Shown here: piece by piece, positions 50,885 to 60,020 of the stretch
Layout: each line of letters begins with the position of its first letter
Numbering within the stretch: the stretch's first letter is position 1
Assembly: GCF_001194135.2 (NCBI RefSeq)
Contig: NC_068986.1
Location: 75,085,424-75,145,443, forward strand
DNA from: Octopus bimaculoides
Taxonomy: Eukaryota
DNA length: 60,020 nucleotides
Direction: 5' to 3'
Notes under the pieces: generated by a model
Told to the model about the DNA's origin: nothing
Seen by the model: only the letters and a program-made list of their open reading frames with translations
Database searches by the model: none
Position numbers and translations under genes: made by a program

Positions 50885-51268
50885 TTAATTTTTTACTCGT
50901 TTCAGTCATTTCACTGCGGCCATGCTGGGGCGCTGCCTTCAGTGGTTTTAGTCGAACAAATGGACTCCAAGACTTACTTTTCATATAAAAACGTAGTACT
51001 TATTCTATCGGCCGCACCGCAAAGTTACGAGTACATAAACACACCAACGCCTGTTGTCTAGCAGTGGTGCAGTACAAACACAGACACATCTCTCTCTCTT
51101 TATATATATATATATACACGATAGGCTTCTTTCAGTTTCCATCTACCAAAACCACTCACAAAGCTCTGGTCGACCCGAAGCTATAGAAGAAGACAGTTGC
51201 CCATGATGCCATCATGTTGTTGGGAAGTAAGCTTCTTACCACATAACCATACAACCACACCTGTGCCT
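50885..51268 (-). mobile_element. Full SINE family B (degenerate)
   Basis: Tail TTTCAGTCATTTCACTGCGGCCATGCTGG, (CT/TA)n, then GGCTTCTTTCAGTTTCCATCTACC..AAGCTTCTTACCAC. Confidence 0.85.
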
Positions 51269-52821
51269 ATATTAATATATGTACCCAATATACTAACGCA
51301 CAGGAACTGAAGGCAGATCTGTATCGACCGCACACTGCACCTTTCATGGAATTTTGTCAACAGCAGTGCTCCCTCTTAAACTAACAATGAACACGCTGCT
51401 TATAAATTCACTAACATTAATTGCTCAAGTAAACTGGGTATACGAATTTGAATATTGAACATCTTCTTAGCATCAAGTTGAAATGCAAAATAATTGGTGA
51501 GTTAACAGTGTCACGTTTTATTGTTCTCTTGAATATATCTATAGATGGTTAGCTAATACTATGTTGCGAGGTGTCCGTATAAATACTACAGGACCTTTGC
51601 AAAACTTACGAAGTTTAGTTCACCTTCATTTCACTCCTTAGATATTTTCCCTTCACGCCTAGATACTTTCCCCCAACAAACAGAAACAGTCCCAGTATCT
51701 AGTATAATGTTGGGCTTTCCTGCTGAGTGACTCTACACCATTCCATAGCTATCTGCCCACGGCCCTATAACGGGTTTAACGTTCTCCCTACCAATTCCCA
51801 CAAACCCTCTCTTTATTCACTTCTTACATCACTACTATTGTATCTTCTACTTTGGAGTGTATGTTCATCCGATTGTCAGTTTACGATTCTTTCAGCTCTT
51901 ATATATTCAATACCAGCATCCATCCAATTACATCACTGACTTTATACTTCAATTTTCGATGACCCTAATTAGCTTATGTCTGCTAATTCTTCAAACTCAT
52001 GTTTTAACTGTTCAAACGGCTTTTTGTTTCACCAACTTTCCGTAATTCGGCTCATTCCACTCCTCAAACAATAATTTTATAATATCTATGAATATTAATT
52101 CTTTCTGTGAATTATAATCTTTCATTTTTCATATTTCTCTTTGTCTAAATGGACGATTGCTTTTCTACCATTCATTTCCGGTTTATGCCACTTCTCAAAA
52201 TATATATTTTTCAAATTTGTGTATTTTATAATTTTCTTATTCCACTTGAGTCTTCATAATTATCTCAGTAATTTTTATTTTTTATTTCATTACATGTATT
52301 TCCTTTATTAATTGTTTTTTATTATTTATATTTTTAGACAGAGTTTATTATATATTCAACCTTTATACCGACTTAATCTACGACTAATATACACCTCCAT
52401 TCATAAACGTCTAGCAACTTGCTGCAGAAATAGCATAAATTTATAATTTTTATAATTCATAATTTTTCATATTTCACTTTCTTCGTCATGATTTTCTAAG
52501 TAATTTTTAAAATTTCATCATATATATATTTCTTTTATTCGTTACTTTTTAAATTTTTAAACGAAGTATACTGTATACTAAACCCTTATCCCAACTTAAC
52601 TTACGATTTTTATATACCTCCACTGATAAAGGTTTATAAATATGCTGTAGAAATAATATAATTTTATTTTACTTTTTATTTTCGCTGATTCAAGACCATT
52701 AATCTTAATTTAATCTTTTTTATTTTGTAAATCCTGTTAAACTGAATATATTATATATTCACCTTAATCATGTTCACCTTCAGTCTCCCACATAGTACTT
52801 TATTTATGTACCACTAACTAG

Positions 52822-52950
52822 ACGCAGGATTGGCTGTGTGGTAAGTATCTTGCTTATCAACCACATGGTTCCGGGTTCAGTCTCACTGCATGGCACCTTG
52901 GGTAAATGTCATCTGCTATATCCTCGGGCCAACCAAATCCACTCACAAAT
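52822..52950 (+). mobile_element. SINE family B head and body fragment
   Basis: GCAGGATTGGCTGTGTGGTAAG..GGTTCCGGGTTCAGTC..GGCACCTTGGGTAA. Confidence 0.85.
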
Positions 52951-53420
52951 ATTTGTTACGTTTTAGGTCCCCCGGAGATTACAGATAGAACTTGCTTTCT
53001 ATATTGTATCCACGTACAAGCTTTTTATCTCTCTATACTTTTTACTTATATTTCTTATATATTTAAAAATTTTTTTTACATATTTATAGAGATATTGTTT
53101 TATAGGTTTACCGCTCATATATTTTTTACACATATTTTTTCTGTCTTCTACCTTCGACCCTGCATTTTTCCTGTGCGTATATAGACGTGTATATGAAACC
53201 TTTTGTGCTCGCTTGTGGATGTGTGCATGTGTGTGTGTGTGTGTGCGGGCGTGTGCGTATATAGACGTGTGTGTGTGCGTGCATGCGAGTATGTGCGTAT
53301 ATAGACGTGTTTTACTCTTATTGCTTTTTTTACACTTTTTTACATTTTTTTCTGTATTTTGCCTTTAGCCCTGTTTTTTCTTGTGCGTGTGCGTATGTAA
53401 GCGTGTGTATGAACCTTTTT

Positions 53421-53458
<38 letters not shown>

Positions 53459-53506
53459 AGCGTGTATGTGGGTATGTATATATTTTTTGGCGAATGNNNN
53501 NNNNNN

Positions 53507-53537
<31 letters not shown>

Positions 53538-56096
53538 AGCGTGTATGTGGGTATGTATATATTTTTTGGCGAATGTGTGGGTAAGCATGTGTGTGTTTCA
53601 AGTGAGGGTGGATGAGGATATATATAGGCACATGTACGTGGGTCGTCGGGCGTGCATGTGTATGTATGGATTTGTGCGCTTACGCGAATATTATGAACAG
53701 TTTTACTCCTTAACCTTTACTCCTTCCCCTCACTTAGCGGTCATTCTTATAGCTCTTTTGTCTTAATAACGGTCAATCACAGTTGTTTCCCTTTGTTTAA
53801 CGGTTATTTTCATAGCATTTTTTTGATGGCCAGATAACTGAAGAATTGGTGTCGTGGGTTTCCGCCCCAACATCCGAAACTCGGAGTTTTGTCATGGCTA
53901 CCGAATAATTGTCACATATTATTTACAGGCTGCAGTTTAATGGCTATTTTCATACATCTATATAAAAAATTACTCAAATATCAATTGAATAATCAGCACT
54001 CAATATATTTATGTAGAGAATAACACTTATATCTAAAAGGAAAAAAAATTGACATTAACTTTCAAACAATCAGTTGATAGCTTCGTCAACTTTTAAATAC
54101 TGGAGTTTTGACTGCATTTTTATATATATAATTTGTGAGTGGAGGGGGGTCGTGTTTCTATTGTAAGTACGGTTTTACTGTGTATTTTGAGTCATATTTA
54201 AGACATTTTTGAGGGATTATTTTGATTGGATGAGCAGAAATATAGAGTATAATGAAATTATGTATTAATATAATATATCTAAGCTGCTATTTTTTCTATA
54301 GATATACATAATTCCGATCATCTACTCAAACAAACCATAAAAATGCTTTTGTATATGTCTCAGAAATACACACTTAAAACAATACAACCACTAAACTGCT
54401 TCCACAAGATGAACCGAAAAAATATGATTGCAGTAACGACAAAAGTATACGCTTTGACGAAGTTAATACCCACGAAACTTCGCATTGATCGTTCACACAT
54501 ACACACACACACACGCATACACACACGCAAACTCGCGCGCGCGCATGCACATGCCCATACAAAAATAGCATTCTCTCGAAGCCGTAAAAGTACACAAATC
54601 TTTCGGATTTTCAGCCAGAGGCACAGACAGAAAGAACGGTAGAAAAACAGACAAACTGATATAGATAGACAGACAGACAGACATACAGACAGATAGGTAG
54701 ATAGACAGACAGTCAAACAGTTTGATACGTAGATGGATACATGGATATGTTTGTATATATATATATATATATATATATNNNNNNNNNNNNNNNNNNNNNN
54801 NNNNNNNNNNNNNNNNNNNNNNNNNNNNNNNNNNNNNNNNNNNNNNNNNNNNNNNNNNNNNNNNNNNNNNNNNNNNNNNNNNNNNNNNNNNNNNNNNNNN
54901 NNNNNNNNNNNNNNNNNNNNNNNNNNNNNNNNNNNNNNNNNNNNNNNNNNNNNNNNNNNNNNNNNNNNNNNNNNNNNNNNNNNNNNNNNNNNNNNNNNNN
55001 NNNNNNNNNNNNNNNNNNNNNNNNNNNNNNNNNNNNNNNNNNNNNNNNNNNNNNNNNNNNNNNNNNNNNNNNNNNNNNNNNNNNNNNNNNNNNNNNNNNN
55101 NNNNNNNNNNNNNNNNNNNNNNNNNNNNNNNNNNNNNNNNNNNNNNNNNNNNNNNNNNNNNNNNNNNNNNNNNNNNNNNNNNNNNNNNNNNNNNNNNNNN
55201 NNNNNNNNNNNNNNNNNNNNNNNNNNNNNNNNNNNNNNNNNNNNNNNNNNNNNNNNNNNNNNNNNNNNNNNNNNNNNNNNNNNNNNNNNNNNNNNNNNNN
55301 NNTATATATAAGAGTGAGAGTGAGTGAGAGAGAGAGAGCAAGAAAAGGAGATTGAACGAGAGAGATAACTTACCCATATCTTAATTATTGAACATATCGG
55401 CCAACCACATGAATTTATCCGTTTCTTTTATTGTGTACATTATAATTTCTCAATCAATATGTCTCTTCTGTCACACTCCTTCATTATTCAAACCACTTTT
55501 CTACATATTAGATATGACGTCTTTTGTACCATTAAAAAGTGGTTTTGTACCGTAAAGGAATACTATTGAGATATTTAATGAAAGTGAACTGAAATATATT
55601 CATTTATTAAATTTATACTGTTAGGAAGTAGAAACCTAACGATAAGACATATAACTCGCTGAGAAGATATAAGACTGAAACATACATTTGGGTATCACTG
55701 TATTTGCTAAGAATCAGACGCATTCCAAATAATTCTCCCCTACCTCTCTCTTCCAGATTTAGTCATTGTATTTATGGTTTCACCAACATACAGTTTTTAT
55801 TTACATTTGCTTGGCTCATATTATGTAAGGCAAAAATAATATTGTCTTAATTATCCGGATAGATGGATGGTTTGAAAGAATGATGGATGAATGTATAGAG
55901 GATTGGTTGGGTGTATAGCTGCATAGTTGAATGGTTGGATAGATTGGATGAGTGTAGAAATATGTATTGTTGCCCGGGTGGATGACTCTGTGGATGACGG
56001 CATAGTCGATGAAGGGACACATGTATGGATATATGCACGTGTGCAATTATGTGTATATAGATATATATATATATAGATAGATAGATAGACAATAGA

Positions 56097-56258
56097 TGCA
56101 GGAATGGCTGTGTGGTAAAGTAACTTGCTTACCAACCACATGGTTCAGGTTTAGTCCCACTGCGTGGCATCTTGGGTAAGTGTCTTCTACTATAGACGCG
56201 GGCCGACCAAAGCTTTGTGAGCGGATTTGGTAAAAGGAAACTGAAAGAAGCCCGTCAT
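56097..56258 (+). mobile_element. SINE family B 5' half running into (GGAT)n/(TA)n
   Basis: GCAGGAATGGCTGTGTGG..GAAACTGAAAGAAGCCCGTC. Confidence 0.88.
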
Positions 56259-56480
56259 GCATGTGTGTGTATGCATTATGTATGTGTGTATGTTTATGGA
56301 TGGACGGATGGGTGGAAGACTGGGAAAGCATGTTTGGATGGGTAGATAGATGGATGGCTGGATGGATGGCTGGCTGGATGGATGGATGGATGGATGGATG
56401 GACAAATGGGTGAATGGCTGAATGGGAGGGTGAACGGCATGTTGGGCGAGAAGATAGGTGGATGGATAGACAGATATAGA

Positions 56481-56550
<70 letters not shown>

Positions 56551-57265
56551 NNNNNNNNNNNNNNNNNNNNNNNNNNNNNNNNNNNNNNNNNNNNNNNNNN
56601 NNNNNNNNNNNNNNNNNNNNNNNNNNNNNNNNNNNNNNNNNNNNNNNNNNNNNNNNNNNNNNNNNNNNNNNNNNNNNNNNNNNNNNNNNNNNNNNNNNNN
56701 NNNNNNNNNNNNNNNNNNNNNNNNNNNNNNNNNNNNNNNNNNNNNNNNNNNNNNNNNNNNNNNNNNNNNNNNNNNNNNNNNNNNNNNNNNNNNNNNNNNN
56801 NNNNNNNNNNNNNNNNNNNNNNNNNNNNNNNNNNNNNNNNNNNNNNNNNNNNNNNNNNNNNNNNNNNNNNNNNNNNNNNNNNNNNNNNNNNNNNNNNNNN
56901 NNNNNNNNNNNNNNNNNNNNNNNNNNNNNNNNNNNNNNNNNNNNNNNNNNNNNNNNNNNNNNNNNNNNNNNNNNNNNNNNNNNNNNNNNNNNNNNNNNNN
57001 NNNNNNNNNNNNNNNNNNNNNNNNNNNNNNNNNNNNNNNNNNNNNNNNNNNNNNNNNNNNNNNNNNNNNNNNNNNNNNNNNNNNNNNNNNNNNNNNNNNN
57101 NNNNNNNNNNNNNNNNNNNNNNNNNNNNNNNNNNNNNNNNNNNNNNNNNNNNNNNNNNNNNNNNNNNNNNNNNNNNNNNNNNNNNNNNNNNNNNNNNNNN
57201 NNNNNNNNNNNNNNNNNNNNNNNNGTGGTATCTCTTGATACCCTGTATTATAATTTTAAATAATT

Positions 57266-57296
<31 letters not shown>

Positions 57297-57799
57297 ATAT
57301 AGAGCCAGAATGATAAAGCTTAGGAGGAAGAGATGGAGATAGAGAAAGTACAGAGGCAGCAATATAATTTCAGATATAGTTAGTGAGTGAGAAAGAGAGA
57401 CAAAGAAAAGAGAGAGACAGAGATAAAAGAAGAGAGAGACACGGGATTCAAATTAAAAATTTAAGAGATAAAAAGAAAATGAAGAAAGACAGAGTTCAAT
57501 TCATCACTGAATAATTTTTCGTATTCTATTTCTTTTCTTTCCTTTTTTCTTTTTCAAATATTATCTAGCAAGAAAAGAGAAGAGTTATGTTATCAATTAG
57601 TTTGCCTTTTGCTTAACAACAGTAAAAACTGAAGAGACATTGCTCGGATATCATACAGACAACATGACTTGGAGCTATATACACAGTGACACCAAGTATA
57701 GATTTAATAGACATAGATTTACACACGTTACAGACATTACTTTACAACTGTAGACAATTCGTCAGCAACATAAATTTTATGAGGTGACGGGATGCGAAT

Positions 57800-58255
<456 letters not shown>

Positions 58256-58719
58256 TCGTCGCTGACACGTGACGAAAGGGGATCTATCTTTCTGTCTATT
58301 TCTTTCCTGAAGACAAGACGTGCCTGTCTCCTCTCATGGCTCGTCCTCCTTGCGTTCATAATTATTTTTCTATCGTCTTGGCTCAACAGCCCTCGCCGTT
58401 TGTTTTTACTGTCTTGTTCTCACTGTCCTGTTCTTGTTAACACTTTCACCCTCCGCAAAAATCCAAAATTTTATTTAATTTGCTTTGCGGGAAGGACTGT
58501 TTCAACGAAGTCGCGTATTGTCCTTACCTTCGAAACGCGAAGTAGATGAAACAGGGACAACTGATGAAGGGGTATGTTCTTTATGTTGCATGTCTTGTTT
58601 CTCTGGGGTTTTTTTTGTTGTTCGAAAAAAGTTCGTTTTCTATTTTCGTTTTTATGTTTTCGTTTCTCATTGTGTTTAAAGTTTTTTTATGTTCTATACC
58701 CATATATGCATGTGAAATA

Positions 58720-59542
58720 TCTATAAAACCGTCAACAGCTTGTTTATTTTTATGATTTTTGATTTATTATTAATGTTGCTTAATATGCTTTTCTAAAATT
58801 GCTGCTTCTTTTCAGATATCAGAAAAAGGTAATTAAAATTCATTAAAATGACAGATCTATCGGACTTTGAAAGAGGTAAAATTGTTGGTGCTTGTATGGT
58901 AGGCGCTAGCGAAACAAAAATAGCCGAAATATTTGGTGTATCAAGAAGAACTGTCTCGAAAGTAATGACAGACTTTGAAAACCTCGTTGTTGAAACAAAA
59001 CTCTGGAAGAAAACCAAGAGATTCAGATAGGGACCGTCGGACTCTTACGCGAATTCTACAGCTCCCAAATTTTCTGCAGGGCTTAATGACCACCTCGAGA
59101 ACCCATTTTCCACAAAAACTGTTCGCCGGGAGTTGCACCAAGCCGGATTTCACGGGAAGGCTACAATCAGAAAACCACTACTTTCAAAAGGAAACGTTGC
59201 AAAGCGTTTAGAGTGGAGTAAAAACCTACAGAATTGGTCCCTAGAGCAGTGAAAGAATGTTATTTTCTTGGACGAGTCATCCTTTACCTTATTTCCGCCC
59301 ACCGACCGAATATACGTGTGGAGACAGCCAAAAGAAGCACTTGACCCAGACTGCCTTCTTTCAACTGTTAAACATGGAGGAGGGTCTGTGATGATCTGGG
59401 GGTCTATATCTTGGAAATCCGCTGGCTCAATATTTTCCCTTCATGGCGGAATTAATAGTCAAGACTATTTAAGCATATTATCTGATCAAATTCATCTTTC
59501 AGGATGATAATGTAGCAATTCACACAGCTAAAGTTGTTACTG
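58720..59542 (+). mobile_element. Tc1-family transposon, frameshifted, with an internal deletion; truncated by a gap
   Basis: MTDLSDFERGKIVGA..VSRRTVSKVM, KPLLSK..KRLEW, VIFLDESSF, TVKHGGGSVMIWG, FQDDN.AIHTAK. The left boundary is approximate. Confidence 0.9.
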
Positions 59543-59643
59543 ANNNNNNNNNNNNNNNNNNNNNNNNNNNNNNNNNNNNNNNNNNNNNNNNNNNNNNNNN
59601 NNNNNNNNNNNNNNNNNNNNNNNNNNNNNNNNNNNNNNNNNNN

Positions 59644-60020
59644 TGATCCATGTTTGCAGTTCAGTGAGTGAGACGAGCTGCGGGAAGGCGTGCTTCTCAA
59701 ACGGTGCCCACACCTGTTCACCGTCGTCAATGACGTTCCAGAGATGCCGCAGTCTAAGCGCATGTCTGCGCATCATTAACCACGGCATCGCCAGTCCTCC
59801 ATGTAACGGTTGTTGACAGCAAATGGATCGCCTCACCATCGGAACGCCACCCTTCCACAGAAAGCGGAAAAGTATGCGTTCTAGTTTCGTGATGGTGACA
59901 TCGGGACAAGGCACGACGGTCAGGCGGTAATCGATGACTGATGCGATATACACATTAGCCACCTCCGCCCGGCCTTTTAGAGATAACTTTCTCTCGGCCC
60001 ATGTTTGGCTGAGTTTGATC
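59644..60020 (-). mobile_element. Tx1/L1-clade LINE ORF2 fragment (post-RT region), running off the window
   Basis: W AERKLSLKGRAEVANVYI..LFRFLWKGGVPMVRRSIC..GGLAMP..ALRLRHL matches the L1/Tx1 LS..GR / F.W.G / GGL.LP motifs. Confidence 0.85.

Noticed and set aside
51600-52070. Purine-rich minus-strand stretch resembling a decayed ORF
   Set aside because: Many stops and no identifiable domain.
58520-58580. Type II hammerhead (GAAAC..GTA..CTGATGA)
   Set aside because: Helix I cannot form and helix II pairing is poor; noted only as related to the 9.86-kb repeat.

Overview
AT-rich, microsatellite-dense eukaryotic non-coding DNA with about 21 N-gaps. The tRNA-derived SINE families resemble those of octopus or other cephalopods (inference from recalled repeat families, not a database hit). 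No host protein-coding gene can be confidently called. Nearly all listed ORFs are artefacts of simple repeats or N-runs. The real coding signal is decayed transposons: R4/Dong-like RLE LINEs (about 4.5-6.75 kb and 14.1-14.5 kb), a Jockey/CR1-like RT remnant (about 7.8-8.1 kb), a Penelope-like linker/GIY-YIG remnant (23.7-24.0 kb), three Tc1-type transposons (two showing DD34E) and a Tx1/L1 RT fragment at the right edge. Around them are many modular SINEs, mariner-type MITEs and several foldback structures. The most unusual item is a 240-bp element present twice (19392-19630, 29898-30141). It joins an LTR-like unit and a tRNA-Ser primer-binding site to long terminal inverted repeats and apparent 5-bp TSDs. 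Also notable: an inverted duplication spanning a Tc1-host junction, a ~1-kb palindrome nested in a SINE's internal microsatellite, and a minimal hammerhead-ribozyme motif.
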